A DNA stretch of 64,000 nucleotides from Bdellovibrionota bacterium (GTDB lineage Bacteria > Bdellovibrionota_C > UBA2361 > OMII01), in NCBI GenBank assembly GCA_044345405.1, contig JBIJBE010000008.1, positions 1-64,000 on the forward strand, in the 5' to 3' direction. Numbering within the stretch: the first letter of the stretch is position 1; each line of letters starts with the position of its first letter. Both the position numbers and the translations under genes were made by a program. The notes beneath the pieces are model-generated. The model did not search any database. It was given only the letters and a program-made list of their open reading frames with translations, and was not told the origin of the DNA. Positions 1 through 9,810 of the stretch are shown piece after piece.

Positions 1-1814
1 GGATCGATCGTCTCCTCTCCCTGCGTTACGAGATCCTTCAAGCCCTTGGTGATGCTCTCATCGCCGAAGTAGAAGGAACGAAGCTTCTCAAGGTTGTCCT
101 TCTCTCCACGCGAAATGGCGTCGAGGTCATCCTCAAGGTTAGCGGTAAACTCGTAGTCAACGAGGTGCGAGAAATAGTTCTCTAGGAGCGAGGTCACGCC
201 GATAGCGAGGAAGCTCGGTACGAGCGCGGTACCCTTCTTGAACGCGTAATCTCGAGAGAGTACGACATCCACGATCGTTGCCCACGTACTTGGTCGACCG
301 ATGCCGAGTTTCTCAAGCTCTTTAATAAGAGTTCCCTCGGTGTATCGAGCTGGTGGCTGGGTCGTATGTTTCAGAACATCATAGCCCATCGCGGAAACCT
401 TATCGCCCTGTTTAAGTGGCGGAAGGTTACGTTCCTGCTCAGCGAGATCGCCCTCTGGATCATCTGATCCCTCAACATAGGCGCGCAGGAATCCAGCGAA
501 TGAGATAGTTTTTCCAGAGGCGCGGAAGGTGGCGTTGCCAACCTGAATCGCAACACCTACTCGGGTACCTTCAGCGTCCTTCATCTGACACGCGAGGGTT
601 CGCTTCCAGATAAGCTCATACAACCGGAACGCTTCGAGTCCGAGCCGATCCTTTACGGTCGCTGGGGAGGTGAATTCAGCGCCAGCGGGACGAATCGCTT
701 CGTGCGCTTCTTGCGCGTTCTTTACCTTGGTCTTGTAGATACGAGGTGCGCTTGGAAGGAACTCCGCGCCGAACTCTTTGCCGATCAGTGAGCGCGCGGC
801 CGAGATCGCCTCATCGGAGAGGTTAGTCGAGTCGGTACGCATGTAGGTGATAAATCCGTTCTCGTAGAGTGTCTGCGCGATCGCCATCGTTCGTTTCGCG
901 CCGAAGCCGAGCTTGCGGCTTCCCTCTTGTTGAAGGGTGCTTGTCGTGAAAGGAGCGTACGGTCGTTGAGTGAAAGGTTTACTCTCTACCTCGGCTACCT
1001 CTGGGGTGGCTGACGCGATAGACTTCTCAAGACGCTGAGCGGCTGCTTCATCAAGGAGGATGATCGAATCCTTCTCGTTCAGCTTTCCGGTTGTCTCATC
1101 GAAGTCACGACCACTCGCTACGCGCTTACCATCAACGTGGGTAAGGAGTCCCTCAAACGGAAGGGTCTTATCTGAAGCGGCTTCAAAGAGCGCCTTGAGG
1201 TCCCAGTAATCAGCTGATCTGAACCGCGCGCGCTCTCGCTCACGCTGAACGAGAAGTCGCATCGCCACGCTCTGTACACGACCCGCGCTTAGGCGTGGCA
1301 CCATCTTCTTCCAGAGCAGGGGGCTGACTGAATAACCGTAGAGGCGGTCGATGATTCGGCGGGTTTCTTGAGCTCGGACGAGGTTTTGGTCGATCTCACG
1401 GGCGTTGCTGAGGCTCTCTTCGATAGCTTTCTTGGTAATTTCGTGGAAAACCAGACGCTTAACGGGAACTTTCGGGTCTAATACCTCAAGAAGGTGCCAG
1501 CTAATGGACTCTCCCTCTCTATCTTCGTCGGTCGCGAGATAGACTTCGGAGGCCTTCTTTACCGCGCGTTTGAGTTCATTGACCCGCTTCTCCTTATCAC
1601 TCGGGATAATATAGAGAGGCGAGAAATCGCTATCGACGTTGATTCCCAATCGGGACCACTTCTGCTTTTTGACATCTGCCGGGATCTCGGCAGCGTTATT
1701 GGGAAGGTCTCGGACGTGACCATAGGAAGCTAACACCTCGAAATCCTTGCCTAAGAACTTCTCGATGGTGCGAGCTTTGGTGGGCGATTCTACTATGACA
1801 AGTCGTGTCGACAT
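1..1814 (-). CDS. topA: DNA topoisomerase I (runs off the left edge)
   Basis: Manual translation from ATG at 1814: MSTRLVIVESPTKARTIEKFLGKDFEVLASYGHVRDLP; later ITYMRTDS and TQPPARYTEGTLIKELEKLGIGRPSTW. Absent from the ORF track because the stop lies outside the window. Confidence 0.97.
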   Translation of the reverse strand, partial: MSTRLVIVESPTKARTIEKFLGKDFEVLASYGHVRDLPNNAAEIPADVKKQKWSRLGINVDSDFSPLYIIPSDKEKRVNELKRAVKKASEVYLATDEDREGESISWHLLEVLDPKVPVKRLVFHEITKKAIEESLSNAREIDQNLVRAQETRRIIDRLYGYSVSPLLWKKMVPRLSAGRVQSVAMRLLVQRERERARFRSADYWDLKALFEAASDKTLPFEGLLTHVDGKRVASGRDFDETTGKLNEKDSIILLDEAAAQRLEKSIASATPEVAEVESKPFTQRPYAPFTTSTLQQEGSRKLGFGAKRTMAIAQTLYENGFITYMRTDSTNLSDEAISAARSLIGKEFGAEFLPSAPRIYKTKVKNAQEAHEAIRPAGAEFTSPATVKDRLGLEAFRLYELIWKRTLACQMKDAEGTRVGVAIQVGNATFRASGKTISFAGFLRAYVEGSDDPEGDLAEQERNLPPLKQGDKVSAMGYDVLKHTTQPPARYTEGTLIKELEKLGIGRPSTWATIVDVVLSRDYAFKKGTALVPSFLAIGVTSLLENYFSHLVDYEFTANLEDDLDAISRGEKDNLEKLRSFYFGDESITKGLKDLVTQGEETID

Positions 1815-1920
1815 CTTTAATCCGGTGCCATTGTTACAAAGGATGTACCCCTTAGCGCAACCCTTTGGGACAATTTGTTACAAAACCCCTCGTTTTGATA
1901 CGGTGTTTGGCCCGAGGGGG

Positions 1921-1943
1921 GCTTGTCCCGAGCCCGTCGAGGG
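1921..1943. repeat. short palindromic REP-like element (GCTTGTCCCGAGCCCGTCGAGGG)
   Basis: Resembles a common intergenic repeat that translates as ACPEPVEG; followed by a partial second copy TTGTCCCGAGC. Confidence 0.35.
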
Positions 1944-2030
1944 ATTGTCCCGAGCTAATGATGCGTCTGCTAGCCAAGGAGATTGCCTGAGCTGTCATGG
2001 TTATCGGGACGGCGTCTCGTTTGTTGCCAC

Positions 2031-2069
2031 AAAAAAAGGCGGGCGCCACCCCGTTGATGGCACCCGCCT
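2031..2069 (-). terminator. intrinsic terminator of the dsbD-redoxin unit
   Basis: Minus strand AGGCGGGTGCCA-loop-TGGCGCCCGCC followed by T7, about 20 nt after the stop. Confidence 0.8.
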
Positions 2070-2089
2070 CGATCGTCATCCCTGTCCGC

Positions 2090-2719
2090 TTAATACTTCA
2101 CAGAGCATCCGTACGGTTCAGTTGAACTGACCTCTACCGGTTTATTGGCGAGAAGGTTGGTCGCTGCGTCGATAACGTAATTCTTCGCCTTAGGGATATC
2201 ATCAGCGTCTGTTGAGCTTTCGCTGTCGATAGCACCCGCATAGGCGAGCTTTCCATCCGCTGCGATGACGAACGTGTGCGGGGTTGTACGAGCGCCGTAT
2301 GCTTTGCCGATCGCTCCGCTCTCATCGAGCACAAGCGCTGAAGACTTTAATCCGAGATCGACACGTGTGGCCTCCGCCTGTTCAGCGGAGAGGTGGCCGC
2401 TCTTTCCAGGCGCTGAAGAGGAGATGGTAAGCCATACCACACCTTTCGCCCCAAGATCCTGCTGGAATCGTTGCATATCACCATTTTTGTAGAACTTCTT
2501 CACGAAGGGGCAATTGGGGTTGAACCACTCCAGTACAACCACCTTTCCCTTGAAGCTGTTGAGGGAGATATCTTTTCCGGTGGAGTCCTTCGCGGTGAAT
2601 TGCGGGGCTTGGTTTCCAACGACAGCTTCCGAAAGCGCCGTCTGAGGAGCGGTAGCGACCGCGCATAAGGCGAAGAGCGATATTCCGACCGACTTAATTA
2701 CGTGCCGAACCGATTTCAT
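2090..2719 (-). CDS. exported thioredoxin-fold redoxin (AhpC/TSA-like)
   Basis: Signal peptide, VVLEWFNPNCPFV, YGARTTPH, C-terminal PYGCSVKY. Confidence 0.9.
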   Translation of the reverse strand: MKSVRHVIKSVGISLFALCAVATAPQTALSEAVVGNQAPQFTAKDSTGKDISLNSFKGKVVVLEWFNPNCPFVKKFYKNGDMQRFQQDLGAKGVVWLTISSSAPGKSGHLSAEQAEATRVDLGLKSSALVLDESGAIGKAYGARTTPHTFVIAADGKLAYAGAIDSESSTDADDIPKAKNYVIDAATNLLANKPVEVSSTEPYGCSVKY

Positions 2720-2810
2720 AGAGAGCCTCCTAGGAATACTTAATGCGAGCTCGAGGCTACGATCTCTTTGTTTGAAACGCCATAACCGGGCTCGCGAAGC
2801 GGACTATCCC

Positions 2811-5009
2811 CTACAATCGCTCAAGCTCAGCGATAACGACGCCAGGCGTTAGGATATTAGGAAGCACGACAGCGGTCTCCTGCTTGCCCTTATTGATGAT
2901 AACGTTAAGTGGTACACCGTTTCGTCCATACCGTCGAAGAGCCGCCGTGATGGAGGGGCTCTTCGTGGTCCAGTCGCCCTTCATGAGCGCGACGTTCTTC
3001 TGGACTATGAGCGCTCGAACCTCGCTTGAGCTAAACACGATCCGCTCATTAACCTGACAGGTGATGCACCACTCCGCGGTGAAATCGAGATACACCGAAC
3101 GACCTTGAGCCGTCAGAGCGGCGAGGCGAGCCTCCGAATACGGTTCCCAGATCAAACCGAACGCGTCCGGTTCAGCGGTTGTAGCCTCATTCGCGAGGCA
3201 GGCTCGAGAGCGGGTGCCCTCTATCTCTTTCGATGATGGAAGTCCCTTGATGAATCCGACCACAAAAAGCACAAGCGCGAGCGCTCGGACTAAGCGCTGA
3301 GTGAGTGGCGATGATACCGCGCGAGCCCGAAGGATAAGCCAGAACGCGAATCCTATGGTGAGTAATCCCCATAACAGATCCGTCACCAAATCGAGACCAG
3401 CGGCTTCAAGCCCCATTTGTCGAGCAAACACACGAGTGAGCCAAACGACCGACGCGAACAGAGGAAACGCCATGAGTTGTTTAAAGCTCTCCATCCAGGC
3501 TCCTGGACGCGGGAGTCTTTGCAGTAGCGCGGGCCTGAAGGCGATGATCAAGTAAGGAATGCTCATGCCAACGCCGAGCGCGGTGAAGACAAAAAGATTC
3601 TCGAACGCTGAAAGGGTCAAGGTAGCCGCGAGCGCGGAGCCCATGAAGGGCCCAGTGCACGGTGTCGCGACGGCGGTCGCGAGCGCTCCGTTGAAGAATG
3701 AGCCGGCGTAGGTTGTTGAGATCTTCGCCTTGCCCGCGATGCGTTGAACCGAGCTCCCGAGCGCGATGTCGCTCAGAAAGAGGAAGCCGAGTCCGAACAG
3801 GGTAAATATCATTGTGGCGACGAACGCTGGGGATTGAAGTTGAAAGCCCCATCCGAGCTGCTCCCCACCGGCGCGAAGCGCGAGCAAGATGCCAGCGAAG
3901 ATCCAAAACGAGACCACGACCCCCGCTGAAAACGCTATACCGTGAGCTTTAATCTTTCGTGGCTCATGTCCCGCCTGCTCAATGAAGCTCATAATCTTGA
4001 TCGAAAGAACGGGGAAGACGCACGGCATGATGTTAAGGAGCAATCCGCCCAAAAGCGCGAAGAAGATCGCCGCGAAAAATCCGGCCTCGTCACCGCCAGG
4101 ATAGGTTGGCGTGTTGTTTACGTTGCGCGTGGAGCGCTGCGCGTCGTCGTTTCCTTCGGGGTTAGTGTCGATCTCGATCGCCCTTGGCTCTCCGCTTTCA
4201 GACCACCCTTGCGCTGAGTAGAGAACGCCACGAAGTCGTTTGATGGTGTCTCGTCGATTAGGATCTCGTTTGAGCGATATGCGAAGTGCTCCACTGTCGA
4301 GTGAGACCTCTTGTGGCGCTGAGTTCGAAATGACGCGGGGATCTTCAGGGAAGAAGGTGATCGCCGCGGGAAAAAAGCGGGGCTCGAGAGGAATGAGGGC
4401 GACGATGATTCGATCTTGTTGCTCTTCTACCGCGATAGAAACACGCTCGAGAGCGGTTGGAATGTTTTTCTCGGCGATCGCGAAGAGGCGCTCATGTTCG
4501 GAGGGAGCGGAGGCTGTTTTAGAGATCGGTAATGTGAGCGCAAGTTGCGCTTCACCGGGAAGGCACTCATCCTTGCATACGAGGTATTGCATCGAGACGG
4601 TCACCGTTGTGCTTGTGGCACGTGGCGGCGGGGCGGAGAAGGTCGCCGGGAAGGGGAGAAGCACCTCGTCGTATCCGTAGTTCACGAGCGGACCAACCGC
4701 TATCTTCTTTGGATAGGGCCAGAGTGGGGCGTCTACCGCGATACCTCCGGAGGATTCCCACGCGAATCGTGGAGCGAGACCTGAGTCGCCGGGGTTCTTC
4801 CAGTAGATGTGCCAGCCCGGCTCAGGTTTAAAATGTACGCCGAGCCTAAATGTTGAGCCTGGTGTGAGAGCCTGTTGGTCAGCGATAAGCTTGACCTCGA
4901 TATGGGGGCCTTTGCTGACACTCTTTTCTCCGCAGCCGGAGGCGATAAGCGATACGAGGATAGCTAATGAAAAAACACGGAGAGTCCGGAGAACGGTTGG
5001 CATGTGCAA
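2811..5009 (-). CDS. DsbD-family thiol:disulfide interchange protein
   Basis: GWHIYWKNPGDSG, LNIMPCVFPVL, ATPCTGPF, C-terminal thioredoxin domain FTAEWCITC. Confidence 0.92.
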   Translation of the reverse strand: MHMPTVLRTLRVFSLAILVSLIASGCGEKSVSKGPHIEVKLIADQQALTPGSTFRLGVHFKPEPGWHIYWKNPGDSGLAPRFAWESSGGIAVDAPLWPYPKKIAVGPLVNYGYDEVLLPFPATFSAPPPRATSTTVTVSMQYLVCKDECLPGEAQLALTLPISKTASAPSEHERLFAIAEKNIPTALERVSIAVEEQQDRIIVALIPLEPRFFPAAITFFPEDPRVISNSAPQEVSLDSGALRISLKRDPNRRDTIKRLRGVLYSAQGWSESGEPRAIEIDTNPEGNDDAQRSTRNVNNTPTYPGGDEAGFFAAIFFALLGGLLLNIMPCVFPVLSIKIMSFIEQAGHEPRKIKAHGIAFSAGVVVSFWIFAGILLALRAGGEQLGWGFQLQSPAFVATMIFTLFGLGFLFLSDIALGSSVQRIAGKAKISTTYAGSFFNGALATAVATPCTGPFMGSALAATLTLSAFENLFVFTALGVGMSIPYLIIAFRPALLQRLPRPGAWMESFKQLMAFPLFASVVWLTRVFARQMGLEAAGLDLVTDLLWGLLTIGFAFWLILRARAVSSPLTQRLVRALALVLFVVGFIKGLPSSKEIEGTRSRACLANEATTAEPDAFGLIWEPYSEARLAALTAQGRSVYLDFTAEWCITCQVNERIVFSSSEVRALIVQKNVALMKGDWTTKSPSITAALRRYGRNGVPLNVIINKGKQETAVVLPNILTPGVVIAELERL

Positions 5010-5064
5010 TTTCTAGCAGGAGCATGCCCCGAGAGAAACGATCGTTGTGGAACGATAGAGAACT

Positions 5065-5334
5065 TTAGGCCGCTTTCAAGCGAGCCCGCTCCTCAAGAGC
5101 TTTAAAGAGAAGAACGTTCTTGACGTTGGGAAGATTCGTCCCGTCAGCAACGCTTATGCCCCGGAAGATATCGGGCTGCTCGCGAAAGAGATCTCTAATG
5201 ATTTGAGTGCGCGGACCGAAGGAATAGAACTCTAATCCAACTTGCAACACCGGAGCGACAAGCCGTCCGAGGTCCAACGGTTGTTGGCGATCATCCTGCC
5301 TTGAGTCTCTCGTCTGTTCGATCTGAGGTGTCAT
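5065..5334 (-). CDS. small hypothetical protein
   Basis: 89-aa ORF with an AAGG-type SD, co-oriented upstream of dsbD; no recognised motif. Confidence 0.5.
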   Translation of the reverse strand: MTPQIEQTRDSRQDDRQQPLDLGRLVAPVLQVGLEFYSFGPRTQIIRDLFREQPDIFRGISVADGTNLPNVKNVLLFKALEERARLKAA

Positions 5335-5725
5335 GCGCCTTCGGTACCTTGAGTTTGTGCTACGTCGTCACTCTTGGCCCGACCGTACCACGGGTATCCG
5401 CCTCAGCAAAGGTTTTTCGCCGTCGTGGGCATGCCTTAATCTGTTTGATAACAATCACTTGGACCCACTCCTGAGAACCGCTCGGACTGCAAACTTGCGT
5501 TTGTTTCAGTGGCGTCGTCGCGAGGAGGCGCGAGGGGATTCTCATCTCCTGCAGTAAGATGTTGATAATACATGACAATTAATCGCTGTCCGCCCCCCGT
5601 TCTCTGTTCTTAAAAGAAGCAAATCCGGATCCCACCTCATCGTAACCCTCATAGACGAGTAGTGCGGCCACGGCGCATATGGCCGGTACAGGGCAGGTGT
5701 GTCCGCGCACAACGGCGACGAACGA

Positions 5726-7462
5726 ATGAATCGACCAATGTTCTCTATTATCACGGTGTCCCTAAATCAGGGTGCGTGCCTTCGTGGCGCGATCGAATCC
5801 GTGCTCGCGCAGGAACAGTGTGGATCGATCGAGCACATCATCGTTGAAGGGGGCTCCACGGATGAGACCGTGGAGATCCTTCACGAGTATCCTCACCTCA
5901 AGGTGATTCGTTCTCCATTCCTCTCCACCTCTCAAGCCCTCAACGTTGGATTCTCTGTCGCGTCTGGAGAGGTAGTCTCATGGCTTCATCCGAATGATCG
6001 ATACGCGCGTGGCGCGTTCGCTGAGGTGATGGCGGAGATTAATCGTCACCCCGTGGTCATGGGAGCGTGCGGCGTAATCGATGAGGGTGGCGCTGTGGTG
6101 TCACGAATTGAGAACGTTGAGCGCTCGTGGTTTGACACGATTAAGTATTGGGTCGCCCAGGCGTTACCGACGCAACCGGGATTGTTTCTCAAGCGAAGCC
6201 TTCTCGATGAGTTGCGGATTGAGCCCAGTGAGGTTTTCGATGAGGGGCTCCATTTCGCGATGGACTTCGACCTCTGGCTTCGTGTTCAAGAGGCGTATCC
6301 GTTCTCGCTCAGAACTCCCGAGGTTCTCGCATATCGTCACCAACGTGATCTTATCGCCAGCGGGGCTAGCGCGTCCGCGCTTCAGGCGGAGATGTCTCGC
6401 GTGTTTCGTCGGCACGCGACCCGTCGCGTTCAGCCCGAACAGAGCGTTTCATTCGTGATTCCGGTGACTAACTCGCTGGAGGAGGTTATGCCGTTCCTAC
6501 GTCAGCTCGGAGCGCAGACCTTGCCATCTCTTGAGGTGGTTATCGTTGGAGCGTCAGGCGATCATGAAACGAATCGTCGGATAGTGGAATCGGTGTGGGC
6601 GCACGGCGCGAAGAATAAAAACATCGCTCTTCAGTACGTCGCTTTGCCGCCCGATGGTGGGCTCTCTGGCGCGGCGGCGATCGACGCTGGCGTTCGAGCC
6701 GCGCGTTCCCATGTTGTGGCGTGCCTCTCCTCATCACGCGCTATTCCGGAGAGCTTCGCGTCCGATATCTTGAGACTTTTCTCGCGTGACGAGATCGGAC
6801 TTGTTCTTCCGAGTCTCGACGAGGATCTTACTCAGAAGCTTTTTGTGACCAAGCATGGAACCCGTATGTTTAATCCGGCCGGGCCCTTCTCGCTTACCTC
6901 TGATGCTCATGTTGAGTGTGTGGTTCGAAAGCTCGCGTGGATCGATAGTGGCGGGTTTTCGCTGCACGATAGGTTTCCGGCCAGTGGCTTTAGCATGAAG
7001 CGTCTCATGATCATGCTCGCTCACAAAGCGTGGCGCATCGTGACGGAGCCTCTCATTGAGCCGCTGTCGGTCGCGTCCCGACCGCACGACGCTCCTTTTC
7101 GTCTCTATGAGAATTCTGTTGTCGTGGATGAGCTTGCGCGTGAACTACGACGCAATCCGTTCTCAATTATGCGGTCGAAGCACGGTTTCGGACTCGTGTT
7201 GCCCGACGATCTCTGGCAATGCGCGCAACTTGTGATGCAGCGAATTCCCAAGGATTCGCCGACCGTTCAGCCTCATCTGGCGAGTGAGACCTTACGAAGT
7301 ATCGCGGAGAGAAATCCGGTCTACGGACCAGCGCTATTCTGTTTAGCTGAAGCTCTTGATCGAGAGGGCAGGGTTGAGGACGCGAATCGGGTTCGCTCTC
7401 AATGGCTAGAGGTGCACGAAGGGGAGAAGAACTCCCCCTTATTTGGAGGAGTGTCTCACTAA
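5726..7462 (+). CDS. glycosyltransferase family 2 with two GT-A-like modules
   Basis: FSIITVSLNQG...IEHIIVEGGSTDET, ALNVGF, AMDFDLWLR; second module SFVIPV...LEVVIV. Confidence 0.85.
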   Translation: MNRPMFSIITVSLNQGACLRGAIESVLAQEQCGSIEHIIVEGGSTDETVEILHEYPHLKVIRSPFLSTSQALNVGFSVASGEVVSWLHPNDRYARGAFAEVMAEINRHPVVMGACGVIDEGGAVVSRIENVERSWFDTIKYWVAQALPTQPGLFLKRSLLDELRIEPSEVFDEGLHFAMDFDLWLRVQEAYPFSLRTPEVLAYRHQRDLIASGASASALQAEMSRVFRRHATRRVQPEQSVSFVIPVTNSLEEVMPFLRQLGAQTLPSLEVVIVGASGDHETNRRIVESVWAHGAKNKNIALQYVALPPDGGLSGAAAIDAGVRAARSHVVACLSSSRAIPESFASDILRLFSRDEIGLVLPSLDEDLTQKLFVTKHGTRMFNPAGPFSLTSDAHVECVVRKLAWIDSGGFSLHDRFPASGFSMKRLMIMLAHKAWRIVTEPLIEPLSVASRPHDAPFRLYENSVVVDELARELRRNPFSIMRSKHGFGLVLPDDLWQCAQLVMQRIPKDSPTVQPHLASETLRSIAERNPVYGPALFCLAEALDREGRVEDANRVRSQWLEVHEGEKNSPLFGGVSH

Positions 7463-7506
7463 GAGCGGGCTCTCCCGTGGAGCGCGTGAAGGTGAGGTAA
7501 GGTGCC

Positions 7507-8577
7507 ATGATCGATGTCGAGGAACAACGAGACGACAGTCAATCGCCCCTCGTTCTTGAGGACGATAGCCTCGTTGTGTGCAATGAGGCTCCCTCGCGTT
7601 TTTGGGAGCACTCCCGCTACAAAGATGAGGCGGTTCATAAGCTGTGCGGAGAGATCAATAACGAATGGATGTTTGCCATGGTTACGTTGCATGGCGGTGG
7701 AAAGCTCTCATTCTCGGTCAGCCAGAAAACGTGGGCTCGTCATGAAGGTCATTATCCAGTTGTCATGCAGCTCTTCAACGCGGTCGCGAAGGATCCCCGC
7801 CTCGCGCGTCTTCAAGGAAGCTTCGTGGTGTGGCTTGAGGATGGAATGTGGGACTGGTGTCAGAGTTACGCTCGACGCGTTCCGATCATGTCGTTTGGAA
7901 GAAGTATCGCGGATTCAAGTACCTTTCTTATCCCTGACCCCGCCTTTGTTGGGGCGCTGGGCTACGCGTTAGAGCGCAAACAATCCGTCAGGTTTGCCTC
8001 TCAGGTTCCGTGGCGACAAAGGCGTTCGACGATCTTTTGGCGAGGAGCCGCTACTGGAATCGGAGTAGAGGGACCAGACTGGCAACACACCGCGCGAGCG
8101 AAGCTCGTACTCGCCGCGAAGGAGATTGGAGATCCTCTTGTTGTCGACGCGAAGTTAACACGCGTTCAACATCTTCCTCAGCAACAGATCTTGCAGCTGG
8201 CGCGCGAGGGGCTCGTTCATGATGAAGTGCCCTTCGAGGAGTTCTTCAACTACAAGTACGTTGTTGACGCGGATGGATACCACAGCGCGTGGAAGTCGCT
8301 CTTCTTGAAGCTCATGATGGGCTCAGTGGTTCTCAAGATCGATAGTCCGTTTGAGCAATGGTATCACCGTAAGTTGATGCCGTGGCGTCACTACATCCCA
8401 GTGTCGCGCGACGTGAAGGAGTTGCGTGAGGTTCACCAATGGCTCGTCGCGCACGACCGAGCCGCGCGAGCCATCGCGCAAGAGGGAAGCGAGCTTATCG
8501 CTCGAGTCAATTTGGAATCCGCCCTCGATGGAGTGGTAATGACTATTGAGAAGATTCTTGCGGCTCGTGATGGGTGA
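7507..8577 (+). CDS. glycosyltransferase family 90 (CAP10/POGLUT-like)
   Basis: PW...IFWRGAATG, YKYVVDADG, GSVVLK, QWY...LMPWRHYIPV, A..IA..G. Confidence 0.85.
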   Translation: MIDVEEQRDDSQSPLVLEDDSLVVCNEAPSRFWEHSRYKDEAVHKLCGEINNEWMFAMVTLHGGGKLSFSVSQKTWARHEGHYPVVMQLFNAVAKDPRLARLQGSFVVWLEDGMWDWCQSYARRVPIMSFGRSIADSSTFLIPDPAFVGALGYALERKQSVRFASQVPWRQRRSTIFWRGAATGIGVEGPDWQHTARAKLVLAAKEIGDPLVVDAKLTRVQHLPQQQILQLAREGLVHDEVPFEEFFNYKYVVDADGYHSAWKSLFLKLMMGSVVLKIDSPFEQWYHRKLMPWRHYIPVSRDVKELREVHQWLVAHDRAARAIAQEGSELIARVNLESALDGVVMTIEKILAARDG

Positions 8578-8690
8578 GGATGTAGTGATGTGGTGGTAGT
8601 GCCGCGCTTGTCCTTCCTTTTCCCCTCATCCTCGTCCGTATCATCGTCCTCCTTCGAATCCTCATCCCCCTCGTTATCCTGCATCTGCAC

Positions 8691-8807
8691 CTACCTCTTG
8701 GGCTTACTCCTGGTGTCCCAAAGGCCCTGGTCCGGGAACCGGGTATGGGCAGGAGGTAGGACTAGGTGCAGGATGAACAGAATTACGGCGATAAGGATAA
8801 GGAACAT
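8691..8807 (-). CDS. possible 38-aa single-TM peptide
   Basis: MFLILIAVILFILHLVLPPAHTRFPDQGLWDTRSKPKR*; continues in frame after the TAG into an acidic ORF. Confidence 0.3.
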   Translation of the reverse strand: MFLILIAVILFILHLVLPPAHTRFPDQGLWDTRSKPKR

Positions 8808-8978
8808 GAGGAGGTGAGTGGTGGGGGTGTGTAACAAGCTGGTATTGTTGGGTTTGCTGGCTCCCCAAAACCCGTCTTGCGCTCATTTTGCAGGCGGTAC
8901 TATGCTGGCGGCCCCCGCGGTTGACCTGAGAGGTGAAAGCCTCTACTATTCCCGCCTCACGTAGTAGGTAGTTACACT

Positions 8979-9140
8979 ATGAAACGCACGTATCAACCAA
9001 GCAAAAAGAGTCGCCAGACGACTCACGGCTTTAGAAAGAGAATGTCGACCAAGGGTGGCCGTAAGGTCCTTAACGCACGTCGTGCTCGTGGTCGCAAGAA
9101 GATCTCGGTAACCTCGCCGCGCAAGGGTCACTATCGATAG
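8979..9140 (+). CDS. rpmH: 50S ribosomal protein L34
   Basis: [44 protein letters not shown]; too short for the ORF track. Confidence 0.97.
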   Translation: MKRTYQPSKKSRQTTHGFRKRMSTKGGRKVLNARRARGRKKISVTSPRKGHYR

Positions 9141-9501
9141 TTCACCGCTGAAGTACGGGCCTGAGGCCCGGCTTCGAAGACGATCTGATATAGACCGGTG
9201 CCAGCAACAGGGGAGTAAGCTTTACTCCAAACATTTTCTCCTGCTCGTAATTCCATCGGAAACGAAAGAGAGCAGGCTCGCCATAGCCGTTACAACAAAG
9301 ATAGAGAAGCGAGCGAACGTTCGGAACAAGATAAAGCGCCGCTTGCGTGAACTATTCCGCGCTATCCGTCATAATCTGACAGAACCTCTTGATATGGTCG
9401 TGGTCGCGCGTCGTGGCATCCAGGACTGTGACTTCGATGACTATCGTCGCGAGGTCTTAGGGGCGCTACGCTCAAAGGGATATCTCCCCAAACATTCCTA
9501 G
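9133..9501 (+). CDS. rnpA: ribonuclease P protein component (non-canonical start)
   Basis: RLRRRSDI...[29 protein letters not shown]...DMVVVAR, between rpmH and yidD; no in-frame ATG/GTG/TTG at the N-terminus. Confidence 0.9.
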   Translation: MDSSPLKYGPEARLRRRSDIDRCQQQGSKLYSKHFLLLVIPSETKESRLAIAVTTKIEKRANVRNKIKRRLRELFRAIRHNLTEPLDMVVVARRGIQDCDFDDYRREVLGALRSKGYLPKHS

Positions 9502-9511
9502 GACGCTCATC

Positions 9512-9751
9512 GTGTGTGAGTCTACCTCTCAGATTGTACGTCGGCGTCCAGTCGCCCGAGCTCTTCACTGGCTCTACAAAGCCGTGTTTTCGTGGATGTT
9601 CACTGGGGCGTGTCGCTTCTGTCCAACCTGTTCCGATTACGCGCTTCAAGCTATTGAGATACATGGGTGGATTCGTGGTCTCTGGCTCACAGCTCGGCGA
9701 CTGGTGAGGTGCCATCCGTATAATCCAGGTGGATTCGACCCCGTGCCTTGA
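9512..9751 (+). CDS. yidD: membrane protein insertion efficiency factor
   Basis: [19 protein letters not shown]...[17 protein letters not shown]. Confidence 0.93.
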   Translation: MCESTSQIVRRRPVARALHWLYKAVFSWMFTGACRFCPTCSDYALQAIEIHGWIRGLWLTARRLVRCHPYNPGGFDPVP

Positions 9752-9810
9752 CGGGGGGGAGGGGTTCCCCTACAAATGACGCCACTTCACAACGTTCCCA
9801 AGGAGTCTCC

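Noticed and set aside
371-556. 61-aa minus ORF suggesting a frameshift in topA
   Set aside because: The topA frame reads through this region (GFLRAYVEGSDD...HTTQPPARYTE); the small ORF is an alternate frame.
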